Origin: Marsupella aquatica | Taxonomy: Eukaryota; Plantae; Marchantiophyta | Reading direction: 5' to 3' | Assembly (NCBI GenBank): GCA_973895155.1 | Contig: OZ316894.1 | Coordinates: forward strand, 10,943,874-11,007,873 | Length of the DNA stretch: 64,000 bases | Part shown: positions 35,325-47,193 of the stretch, piece by piece | Numbering within the stretch: the stretch's first letter is position 1 | Layout of the letters: every line of letters begins with the position of its first letter | Notes under the pieces: model-generated | Told to the model about the DNA's origin: nothing | What the model saw: only the letters and a program-made list of their open reading frames with translations | Database searches by the model: none | Position numbers and translations under genes: made by a program

Positions 35325-38300
35325 ATGAGATGTCCTTGTGCAATCTGCCAAGGATCCCGTACCAGGGGTCTGAATGAGGTTTGGCGGCATATCGCGGTTC
35401 ATGGAAGAGATCCACGACATCGAGTTTGGAATGATCCTGCAGAGGAAGATTCTTCCGACGAGAAGTGGAGGTTAGAATTTGATGCTGCCAATGCTGCAAG
35501 ACGAGCAAGTGAGGTTCTGCCTGGTGCATTTGAAAATGTTGTAGCTGGTCTCTGTACGTGGGTTGTCAGCTCTCCAACGGGATGGTGCTCAGGCAGCACC
35601 ACGTGACGAAGGAATTCATGTGGAAGAGATGGTGAGAGACATCTTCCAAGACTTGGATGCATTTCATGATGGGCTGGACAACAAAGAGGATACGGCTGCA
35701 GATGCAAGTGTGCCCCCTGTCGAAGAGCCTCTTGATGAGTTTGAGATAGGGCAGGAAACCCCTGGGCATGATGGGATGTTTGGCTCTCCCCTGCAAATAC
35801 AGGAAGGCAGGAAGTCTTTGTACCCCGGTAGCAAATGTTCTAAACTGGGATTTGTCATCATGTTCCTGAACATTTGCGGCAACCACAATGTCCCCAACAT
35901 TTTGGTTTATGAGTTGTTGGCATTCTTGCGAACAACTGTGCTACCAGATGGTAATATTTTGCCCAAGAACATGTACGAAGCAAAAAGATGCATATCTAAT
36001 CTTGGATTGAACTATGATTCAATCCATGCCTGTCCTGATGGGCATGTTCTTTTCAGAAAGGAGTATAAAGAATCGTTGATATGCCCTAAGTGTGGGAAGC
36101 ACAGGTATCGGAACTCAGGAAAGTCTATGGTTCCCGCCAAGGTACTTCGTCATTTTCCACTCATTCCCAGACTTCAGCGGATGTTCAGAAGCCGTGCCAT
36201 CTCGGAGATGATGACTTGGGCAACTGACAAGAAAAGTGATGATGGGCTACAACGACATGCTGCAGATTCAAGGCAATGGAAACTCATAGATGAGATGTAT
36301 CCCGAATTTGCTGCTGAGCCAAGGAATGTCAGACTTGGGCTGTCATTGGATGGGGTAAACCCATTTGGAGACAAGAACAACAAATTTTCGTGCTGTCCTG
36401 TAACTATTTTGAATTATAACCTTCCTCCTTGGATGACTACAAAGCGATTTTTTATTCTGATGGTCCTACTGATACCAGGGCCAGACAGTGCTGTATCTGC
36501 CAACATAGATGTGTTTCTGGCTCCCCTAGTGGAGGAATTGAGAAAGCTTTGGGAGGAAGGAGTTCTCACATATGATGTCCTACAGAGGCTTGGGAGGTTA
36601 AACCCATTCATCCTTAGAGCCATTGTCATTCTGACTATAGCTGACTACCCAGCCCATGGGATGATATCAGGCCAAACAACAAAAGGATATTGTGCTTGTA
36701 CTATCTGTGGGCGCAATGTCACCAGTGAGTACTCCAGAGCCCTGCAGAAAGTGATATACATGGGCCATCGTCGTTGTCTGAAGGCAGATCACCCTTACAG
36801 AGAAAGACAGGCACTGATTGCACACTTTGGCAATGAGATTGAGCAACGTGGACCCCCGGCACGAGTGACCAAAGAGGAGATCAGGCAGTGGGGAGCACTG
36901 AGGGATGACTATATCAAACGAGGGGGCAGGGAAGATGGAGTGAGTGATCCAATAAAGCGATATGGTGTAAAAAGACTGAGCATATTGGACTTGGAGCTCA
37001 AGTACTGGAGGGTAAGCCTCTTGGAGTTGATGCTAATTGGGATACATGTTTTGGTTCAGAGCATGTGCATTCATTTCGAAGAGAGAGACTAAACTTGAGG
37101 CATTTCCTGACGCTTTTGCATTGCAACGATGCAGGAGTTTGGGCCAAGCAAACATAACATTGATGTTATGCACATTGAAAAGAATATTTGTGAGAGTCTA
37201 CTCAGATTCTTGTGTGGAGAGAAAGACACTGGTTCAGTGAGATTGGATCTTGAACAGAGGAGAATGAAACCCCATCTTTGGTTGAGGCCACATGCCCACA
37301 GAGCTGATGTGCTCTTGAAGTACCAAGCGCCCTATGTTCTGACAGACACAGAGTGGGAACTATTTGTGCAGAGGTTGAGTTCTTTGAAGGTTTCTTCAAA
37401 CTATGGCAGTGCTTTCAAGAAGCATATCATGACTAGAAAGCTTGGTAGTATGAAAAGCCATGACTACCATATGTTGATGCAACAGGTGTTGCCTTTATGC
37501 CTGAGGGGCCTGTTGCAGAAGCCTGTTCGTACTGTGATCATGCGACTCAGTGATGTGTTTCGTCGTATTTGTGTGAAGGTTTGGGATGAAACACACTTCC
37601 CACAACTGACAGAAGATGTCGCTTAGGTGCTGTGTGACCTGGAGATTTATTTTCCTCCCGCATTTTTTGATGTCATGACCCACCTACTTGTCCATGTTGT
37701 GGAAGAGCTACACCAATTTGGGCCTGTGAGTGCTCGTTGGTTGTACCCTTTGGAACGGTACATGAAGCTACTCAAAGGTCACGTGAGAACATATTACAAA
37801 CCTGAAGCAAGCATGGCTAAAGGTTACATCAAGGATGAGACTCTGGGATTTCTGACCGAATACATAGCACAATATGAGCATGTGAAGACCAGGGTGTGGA
37901 ATTCTGATGAGGAGGAAGGGGTGATAGGTGAAGTACTGGAAGGGGCTGTAACCACAAAGAACCTGACCATATCTATGAGAGACTTGGCACATGACTTTGT
38001 ATTGCACAACACTGTGGTGATGGAACCCTGGATACAGTGAGTGCATACATGTGCTATAATCCAGTTCATGAGCTTAAATGTTGTGTTCGTGTGGTTTTCT
38101 CCTTCAGCCTGTTCATGTTTACCCAAGCTAATGCTGTGTGGTTGTTCGTTCAGGGAGTATGAGTCATTGAAGGCGGCCCATCCCACTGCAGGAACAACTT
38201 TTCCAGGTTTCATGGAGTGGATCAGAGTGGCAATTAGAGAGCATCACGAGACCCACCCAGACATGGATGCAGATGTTTACCTACTGTCTAATGCCCCTAG

Positions 38301-38919
38301 CCTGAAAGTGAAGACTTACAAACGGATGAGAGCATATGGGAATCACTTCCGAGTGAAGGATGGTGACAGTGCCTACAGGGTGACGAATGACTGCGGGCTC
38401 ATCACTGTATTTGAGCAACAGAGCCACAATCACGACAGGGCCTGGATGGAGATGGGATATGTGGGAGAATTAGTTGACATATGGGCTCTAGACTATGGGG
38501 CGGTGTCCAGTCCTGTGATTCTTATGAAAGGTTCATGGGTGCGGCAGGATTGGCTTGGTAACAGGGCTACCATGAAGAGAGACAACGACGGTTTCTTGCT
38601 GGCCAATTTCAGAGGGAAATTGCCCGAATGGTCTGAGCCATTTGTGTTTCCTAGTCAGGTGGAGCAAGCTTTCTTCCTGGATGTGGAAGACTCCCCAGGT
38701 TGGCGTGTAGTGTGTCATAAACAGGCCAGGCAACGTCGGATGGAAGGATCAAACCTTGAGTTTCATTTACACTCTCATAGTGCCTTTGATCGTCGGCGTT
38801 CAGACCAAGTGCCTGTAGTTCATGATAGCGGGGACTTCATTCCTGTGACAAGGGTAGATGCATTTGCTGAAGGAGGCGAATTCAGAGATGCAGATGCCAA
38901 CAGTGTGCCTGTGCCATGA
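35325..38919 (+). pseudogene. CACTA transposase (TnpD/Tnp2), multi-exon, one premature TAG at 37624
   Basis: CPC..C N-terminal motif; IHACPDG, CPKCG..RY, HFPLIPRLQRMF, RNVRLGLSLDGVNPF, YNLPPW, DYPA, HNIDVMHIEKN, MKSHDYH, PPAFFDVMTHLLVH, YPLERYM..LK, EPFVFPSQVEQ.F. Introns at about 35508-35569, 37012-37134 and 38037-38153. Confidence 0.93.
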
Positions 38920-39075
38920 GTAATGTGAATTGTTTGCATGGACATTAGTGAGGGGAAGGATGTGTAATAAAGTAATTCTGAAGCAACACAGATGTATGGA
39001 TGGATGCCTGGTGATTGTGGTTGCATTGTGTTATACGGGGTGACCATAGATGACATGTTTTTGTGGTCCAGTAGG

Positions 39076-42000
39076 ATGGAACAGAGTGACACAGAGATGT
39101 GTGAGTATGAAAGGAAAGCTATGGAACAACGAGCATACGTGAAAGCCAAAATCGCAGAACTGGATCTGGAAAAGGATGTGGCTGAATTGTAAGGGAACGA
39201 TTCTCAACTACACCCCTCCGCTGAGTTTGTGTGACATGAATAGTTCAATGTGGCACTGAAATTGTGACTGTATTCTCATATTGGAATGTCGCAGAGCCAC
39301 AACATTTTCAAAGAAACAAAAGGAGTACGCAAGAAGGGTGACCAGCACTATCTCTGGGCTTGTGCGTCGGAGTGATAGGTTGAGCAAGAAGGTCGTACCT
39401 ACAATGGCAGAATGTGGAGATGACATTGATGCTGCACAGGTGGGTGCAGACACTAGACAAGAAGATGCAGATGATGAGTATTTTCCAGAGGAAATGGATG
39501 AGGATGGGGGTTATGAAGATGAATACATTGCAGAGCAGCCCCAAAAGAAACATGTAAGGAGTTTTCCCAACAAGGTTTTGAGTTAAAAACTCTTGTTTAG
39601 AGGTTTCATATGTTCAGTACTACACATATGTACCTTGCTTAGTTCCTGACATTGTAGTTGGTGATGTGATGCAGCGTCCTGCCAGTTCTATTTTGCCTTC
39701 GAAGCCTGTGCATGCACCATACCAGCAGGGGGGGCTGACCTCTGATCAAGGTTGGCGAGGTGGTAGTAGTGGTAGATCCCAGGCTGGTGCCCAATACTAT
39801 GGCAGGGGGCAAGCTCTAGGTTATGCCCGTGGTAGAGGCAGAGCAGGTCCAAACCCACAATCTCGTGGGTATGGACGTCCACCTTAACCATGGGGATGTG
39901 AGTATATATCTATATGCCAGTTCTTTGTGAAGGCATGGCACTCCTGAATTTCAGACTGCATATCAATTTTTGACATTGTTTGGGATGTATTGGATTCAGA
40001 CAACATGAAATTCTGTCCACCTGCCATTGCATGCAGATTCTGCCCAACCTGATTGGGCAAATGCTAGTAATGATCAGTTCCAATGTCCACAAGGACAGAC
40101 ATGGGTTGAACCAGGTTGGGAGGATGGTGGTGGGTCGTGGAATGAACAAGGTTGGGAAGGTGGTGAAGGTAATTGGCAGGGATATCAAAATTCAGTACCT
40201 ACAAACGTTGGAAGAGGAGCAGGTAATGTCTGATCTTGTCAGCAATGGAAGAACTCATTATATGTGGAGTCCATTCACGTGGGGGGGACTCTGCACATGT
40301 ATAATGATAGAAAATGTATGTGTGCAGGTTGGACAGTCGAACCATCGACTCAAGTATTCACTAATGCCCCTATGCAGATGCAGCACGGAAGGGGGACAGG
40401 TATGTCGGTGAATGTTCAGTTGTTTTCCTACAGTTTGTACTTAGTTTTCAGTACATATGTTTGCACACACATACCTAGAAAGTGACATCATCCGGCCCCT
40501 GTACTAGGCTGGACAGGTGGTCCAGGGTCGCAACAATTTTAGAGTGCAGTCCCTGCACAGGCATCTACAGGCAGAGCTACAAGTATGTACGTTTGAAGAA
40601 TTTTTCTTGAAGTGAAGCATTGAATGTTGCCGTCATCCATTCTGCTATATGTAGTTCTCAAGCATGAATGGCATTGTATTTTCCCAGGTGGCTTCAGAAC
40701 CCCAGGTAGGGTGAATGAAGGGGTGGCCAATACAACGCCCAGTACTACCGAGAGCAGTGCACGAGGGGAGGTGACAAAGAAAGGGAACGTAAAGTTGAAT
40801 GAGAGACAATGGGTGGATGCTGAGTGTCCTCGCAAGAACCGATGGCATGCTGATTTGAAAGCTGAAGTATTGCGTTGGTTAGATGTGAGTGTTATTAATT
40901 TTAAAAAACAGCATCCAAAAGATTGGAAGACTGTATGTGAAAATGTTGTTGCCAAATGGAATTATGTGGGCAGTGATGATGGCATGGACATAGGTTGCCT
41001 AGAGAGTACAGCAGGTAAAATTATCAAGCAAGAGAGGTGGAGAATGCATAAGGCTTGGAAGGAAGGTGGGGAGAAGCCAGATATGCCTCCACCAGCCAGT
41101 TGTGATGATAAAGTGTGGGCAAGGTTAGTAGCTTATTTTGTAACAGATGCTTCAAAAAAGAAGAGTTCACAGATGACCGAGGCCAGGTTGAGTGTTCAGA
41201 ACCCTAATCTGACAGGAAGGACCGGCACTGCACCGATAGCTAAACGTTTGGTAAGAATGAATGGCCTAGCTATGTAATTTATGCTACGCTATGTACTGTT
41301 TTTTAGTGTAAAGCCATATATGTAAACTTTGTTTTTTAGTGTACGTTCCCTGAATATTGATCGATAACTTGTGTTTGTCATGCATGTGCAGAAAGCCCAA
41401 TTGGGGCAAAGCCCTTCAAAAGAAGAGTTGAGGGCTGAAATTGTGAACACCCGGGCTCAAGAGGGTGCATCTGAATCCTCCAAGCATGTAAGTTATATGA
41501 GTTCTGATTGGTAATTGAATGACCTGCGTTGAATTTCAGGTGTACACTGTATATAACATTGATTGTGCATATATTGCCCAACATTTCATATGGAGTGATT
41601 GAACCTATACCCCTGTGTCATGTAGGGAGGTGGATCTTCACTTACAGAGATAAGTGGTCGTTTGAAGGCTGTCAAAACATGTCTTCCAGAGATCAATGAA
41701 CGTTTGAATTCATTGACTGACTTGTTCCATGTGAACTTCAAGACATTAATGGAAGCTGTTGTGTCGGTGAGAGATAAAATTGATTCCAATTCTGCAAGAG
41801 TTCCACCATCACCACTTGAGGTGGCAAAGTCGATGCACTCTTCTGGCATGCCAACGACATGTAGGCTTGAAGGTAAGGCCTTTACAACTGTGTGGGATAT
41901 GATTATTAAATGTATAGTTTGAATTGACATTGTTTGTTGAATGTGTTATTTTCAGTAACATATATTGTGGTTGTTGTGTCCATAGAGAATAAGACAGGTG

Positions 42001-42782
42001 CTACAGAGAAGAAGTATGAGAACCTGGAAAATACTCGCTGTAATTTAGAGGCAACAAAGTTGCAGTCTGTACAAGCAACTTGTTTGACAGAGGGCAGTCA
42101 ACCATGTTTGGATGAGGATGACATTGGCAAGGGAGTGGATGATATCAATGTTGGGGCAAATGAGGATATCAGCAAGCATGACAATGATACCATTGAGCCA
42201 GATTCATGCTATGTAGATCTTGACTCCATTGCAGAGATAAATGATTTGCAGAATGTATCATTCTCAATGACAGGTGTGCCTCTTGTTGAGATAAATCCAA
42301 CCAAAGAGTTAGTTGGTATGACACTCCCAGGTGATGAACCTGCTACTGTGACAGTCCTAACAGAGGAACCTATTGAGCCTAGCTTCACTACTGTGAAGAG
42401 AGGAAGCATGCGCACACGAAGCAAGTCTGCTGGTGGGAGCAAAGCCACGTCAAAGGTTTTATACAAACCTCCAAGAACAGTGCTGACAGAAAGATCTAAG
42501 GTGGAAGTGGGGAAAGCACCTAATGCTGAGGGACAAAGTGGCTTGTTAGCTGTTGATGAGAGTGGAACACGAGTAGGATTTGCCAGAGTGCAGGTTGGTT
42601 CCACAACGTTCCATGGCAAGAGGATTCCCCCAGGTTATTCAGTAGTGTTAGTCACATTACTAGTGAAACCTAAAGCTGTCCTTCCCATTCCAAACACAAA
42701 TGATGATCCTCCTCAAAAGACACTTGGAGATGCTGCAGGTTCTTTGGTATTATGGCCAAGCAAGTTCATAGAGGATCCATAA
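39076..42782 (+). CDS. CACTA ORF2 (TnpA-like), multi-exon; exon structure only partly resolved
   Basis: Ptta/En/Spm-like segment W..LV.YF...S.....AR....P...GR.G.A (41100-41250); C-terminal FHGKRIPPGYSVV.V...A.LPIP...TLGDA.G..VLWP motif typical of CACTA ORF2; low-complexity RG/G/Q exons in between. Confidence 0.72.
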
Positions 42783-43637
42783 CAATGTCATGCCATTATT
42801 TGTTTGTAGTGTGAGTCATGTTATGTAGATTTTAGATGTCAAGAAGCAGTACAAGAATCATGTCCTCTTGGAGATTCATAGTATCATGCATGTGCTTTCA
42901 GTTATCTCATCCTACAGTCATCAATTATGAGTTCCTTGTTTGTCTAAATTACATTGATCACATTGTAAACTATTCCATTGGAATTCAAATGATCTTCATT
43001 TTTTAGCAAGATTGTGATTGTGTTTAATTCTTATGAATGTTTTATGTAGGATCTGCTTATATGATGCTTTGTTTCGTGTGGATGTCATTCATGCTATGTT
43101 CATTTCTTGTATTCAATGTGTTATATTTCTAAAGTTAGAACATCAGGTTTCTATGTATTGTAATGTCGAGTGCTCTCTCTCCTTATGAACTGTCCCTTTG
43201 TGTTCATTAGTCATGGTTATAACTTGCATGTGAACCTTATTAGTTATAAACATGAGTATATAGAGTCCCAAATGGTCCTGTTGTGTGACGCGGGCCAGGG
43301 TCTCCATTGGTCTCTCCTGTGACACTAAATAGTCACACGCTAGTCGTTGTTGAATGCGAGTAAGTCATGTATGTGACTTACGATGTGACTCGCTGAAGTC
43401 ATATTGCAGTCACGTCGAAACAAGGCTAGACTCCACAATAAAGTCACAGATCAGTCACAAATGGGTATCAAGCAAGTTGCAAAGCCCAGTATCAATAGTG
43501 ACTTCCATTGTTTGGTCTCAACTTTTGCAACTCCAAGGGTCACAGCGTGGGTCAAGTCACGTTGAGTCACAATGAAGTCACATGAGCCAAAATGAGTCAT
43601 ATATTGCGGTCTCAGTTCACCTCGGATTCTTCTAGTG

Positions 43638-45900
43638 CTTACAACCACCAAATGGTACAGTGAAGCATGGTGTAAACACCCATGTGAAGTCAATCACCCC
43701 CCAATTCTTCGTACTAGAAAGTTACCGCATGTATAACTACAAGATCCTCCTGAGTGGGTGATCAGCCTCTGCCAAGGTCCAAACAATGAAACGTCTTGCC
43801 AAGGCCCCGAATTGTGCTAGAATAGAGATAGGCCAAGTCCTCCGTGGCTCCTAGGTCTGGTAATTGTGGCTAAGTCTACCCGAGACTGAGCCTTCTCGTT
43901 AGGACTTGCCCAGACATTGTAGTGATTTTCCTTGCAATTCATCCAATAATGTCTTTTGGTTGTCGGCCCATATTGTGAGAAAATACCAGATGGTGCTCAT
44001 AATGAGATGGTTGACCACTGTGACTCTAGCAATGAGAGACCCAGACCTCTTACATATTTGGACCAGCCTAGCTTCCAAACAATCGGACACCATTTTTTAC
44101 CAATTGTTGTTCAGAAATGTGTTGTGCAATGGGAATGCCCCAAAGTTTGGAGGATCAAAGTCATCTTCCCATCTCCATGGTAGACGACGGAACTCAATTG
44201 GGATACAGCCCGGAGGGATGTATGCTGCTTTGGTTTGTTCTTAGATACAAAAATCCCAGATGCCATTCCAAAAAGATCCAAGTGATTGCAGTAGGACCCA
44301 ACAATGCCCATTTATGTTCTAATCAGCAATGATACATCATTAGCAAAAAAACCATCCACATTGTACCCACCAATGGACATGATGTTGACTCCTACAATGG
44401 CTCCACGATCCATAGCCCGTTGTATAATTTTACTCAGGGCATAAATTGCAATAATGAAGAGGAGTGTTGAAAGAGGACAGCCCTGTCGTACGGAGCGCTC
44501 CAACAAGAATGATGGGGCCATTATCCCATTCAGCAACATTGCAGAGGTGGCCGACCCAAAGTTTGCCCTCAGAATTTGCATATGGAACTTATCAAAACCA
44601 ACCTTCTCCATCAGAGTAAGAAGGAAATGTCACTCCATGTCAACTTATCGAAAGCCTTGGCCACGTCCAGTTTCATAAGAATGTAGTGCAGTCTAGATCA
44701 GTCAACATGATGAAGGAGCTTGTTGAGTAAGAGTAGAGAGTGATGGATGTCGTGTCCCGACATAAAGGCAAATTGTTGAGGTGAGATGGAGCGTTGGAGA
44801 ATAGGAATGAGCCTCAGCTGAAATGCCTTGGCCCCAATTTTGTACAACACATTCAGGTGAGTGATGGGTCTCTTGTTGGAAAGCAGACACTGATCATTCT
44901 TCTTGCACAGCAAGACAATAAACCCTCTAGTGAATTCAGAGCTGAAAGTCTTCTCTCTCAGACCATGTATAATGGCCTTGAGGAGAGACGGCCCGGCTGT
45001 CTTCCAATTTGCCACAAAGAATTCAAAGGGACCCCATCCGGCTTTGGACATTTGTTAGAGGCAAGAGCTCTGACATCTTTCTCCAATTCCTCAAGAGTCA
45101 AAGGCAAGCCCAAGGGCAAGTTCAAGCAACACGATCAGCATCAATAATCATATCAGTCTGCAAAGTAATCACTTGAGCAAGTTGATCAGGGTAGATGCCC
45201 TCTGATTTTCCCAAAAGATCCTTGAAGAAATCAGTGGCAACTTTAGCCATCTCGCTCCATTCAGACACCAGTTGCCCATCCTTACGGAAAAGACAGGAGA
45301 TTTTGTTGCTTATCGTTGATAAAGCTTGGAAAATTTATCACCATCCTCAATCCATCTTGATTGAAAAATAAAGTCCATCCATTGGGCACGCTCACCATCA
45401 AATTCATGGATTAACCCCTCAACCTCCTTAACAATGACATGTGCATAAAGATCTTGTGGGGTCCAACTCAAGACGCAACTATGCTTGTGCCAAGTTCCCT
45501 CGTAGAATCAACTCCCATAGATGTCACTCTGCAGCCCTCCGCTTGCCCCAACACCTGTCCACCTTCCTAGCAATCATAAGACAATGAGATATCGTGGCAT
45601 TGGGTGTCAGCTCCTTCTGCTCACAAACCAACCTACATTTGTGCAATTTCTTCTATCTTGATATGCTGTCTATAATTGATGTGCAGTATTCATCTTGTGT
45701 TGAGATATATGTTGGTGGTATTGAGTGGACCAATTGTTGCATAGACAGTGGCATGGTCAGACAAAGAGATCCCTAGCAAGAGAGTGGACGTAATGAAGAA
45801 TTTACAATTCAACTCCTTTGGTAGAGAGTATATCCTCTCAATTCTCCTGATAATCCAACCCCCTAGGGCCAGCCTGAGTCCGAGGGACCAAAACCCAACT
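43638..45900 (-). mobile_element. L1-type LINE, 5' segment (endonuclease C-terminus and reverse transcriptase), degenerate, 5'-truncated
   Basis: RRIERIY...LSDH (APE end, ~45735-45860); NKRPITHLNVLYKI.AK, ISPQQFAF, SVRQGCPLS.LLF, FFANDV (decayed YADD); many stops and frameshifts. Confidence 0.88.
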
Positions 45901-46881
45901 TTTGGGTCAACTTAATTCACAAGGTTTCCGGTTTGAGATGGGTTTCAACACTCTTTGACAAGCGAGGTGGGCACCTGCAATTTTAGAATGGTTGTTGACA
46001 ATTCTCAAAAACTGCAAACTATTCTTGAAGGGTGCTGACAGTGGTGCACTGACAGCCCGGGTTACTGACGGACACCTTTTGCGAGAACAACATTTTTTTC
46101 CATGACCCGGCCTATAACATTTCAGTCGCAGAAAACTACTGTAGAGTTTGGAATGAGTTGGTTTGAGATGCCCCTAGTAGTGCACTACTGTAGAGCTTGA
46201 GTGCACTACTGACCACCGCAAATGGCCACCTTTTCGCCATTTCTCAAGTGTGAGTGCAGGTTAAACTTGGAAATTTGAAGTCCCCATGGACCACAAGGTT
46301 GGTCTTTGAAACCTTGATGGACCACATTTGCTAAACTTGGAGTTGAATTGGAATAGCTTGATAATCATATATTCAAGTATTTTTTAGTTTTAGGGACATG
46401 CTAGAGGAGTACTTAAACTACAATTTTATTAGAGTGGAAGTGAATTTTGGCTATCATAGTTGGGTTTTTCATCATCAAATGTGGAGGGGAAAATTCCAGT
46501 ATTATAAGTTTCATTGTTAATATGTGATATATGGGCTTATGTTATTGTAAGTCTCCCTTTTCTCTAGTTGCCTTGCAGGTGTGTAAAACTAAAAACTAAA
46601 AAACTTCTATAGACCACCAAAATGTGGTCCATGGGAGCACTATGTCTAACATGGTGGTCCATCCTAGCTTCAGTTTCAGATTTTGGCAGAGGCCAATTAA
46701 ATGACTAATTTTCTGAGTCCTCGTCTAAGTCTATGCAGGGTAAGAGCATCAAGGGCACGGTGGCAAGGAAAATCCTCACTTGGACCAAGGCAAGTCCAAC
46801 AGTCACTGATTGGTCCTGCCAAAACTAGTTTGTAAATGGACAAAGACCACAAAAAATGCGACATCAGGTATTATAGTGTTA

Positions 46882-47193
46882 CTAGCCCAATGCCCGTGCG
46901 TTGCACAAAAGATGTGGAGGTGAGAAAAAGATGTTGAGGAAAGAAAAAGATTTCAAGGTTTGAAAAAGATGTCAAGGTGGGAAAAATATGTCAAGGAGAG
47001 AAAAAAAATTGAAGTGAGGAAAGAAAAAGATGTCAAGGCAAGGCAAAGATATTGGTTGGCCCCTGATCATCACATATTTTTCACGATTATTGGAACTTGA
47101 AGGAAACAATCGAGTCACACTACCTTTGCGGTAATTTAAGCATTAAGCCGAGCTTAAGTCGGACCGAAAGACTGTGGAGAAAATATATATAGA
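46882..47193 (-). mobile_element. Non-autonomous Helitron (possibly part of a larger composite extending rightwards)
   Basis: Minus strand ends GTGCAACGCACGGGCATTGGGCTAG|T (hairpin plus CTAG); candidate 5' end A|TCTATATATAT at 47193; AAAAGATGTCAAGG-type repeats inside and continuing to ~47540. Confidence 0.6.

Larger units (their letters stand above)
26759..43637 (+). mobile_element. CACTA (En/Spm) DNA transposon, 16,879 bp, with cargo
   Basis: TIRs CACTAGAAGAA (26759-26769) / TTCTTCTAGTG (43627-43637); 3-bp TSD CTT on both sides; GTCAC/GTGAC-rich subterminal repeats (43280-43610); TnpD and TnpA-like genes inside. Confidence 0.96.

Noticed and set aside
45980-46860. Possible MITE/DNA transposon with GGACCAC/GTGGTCC motifs
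   Set aside because: Could not define TIRs or a TSD.
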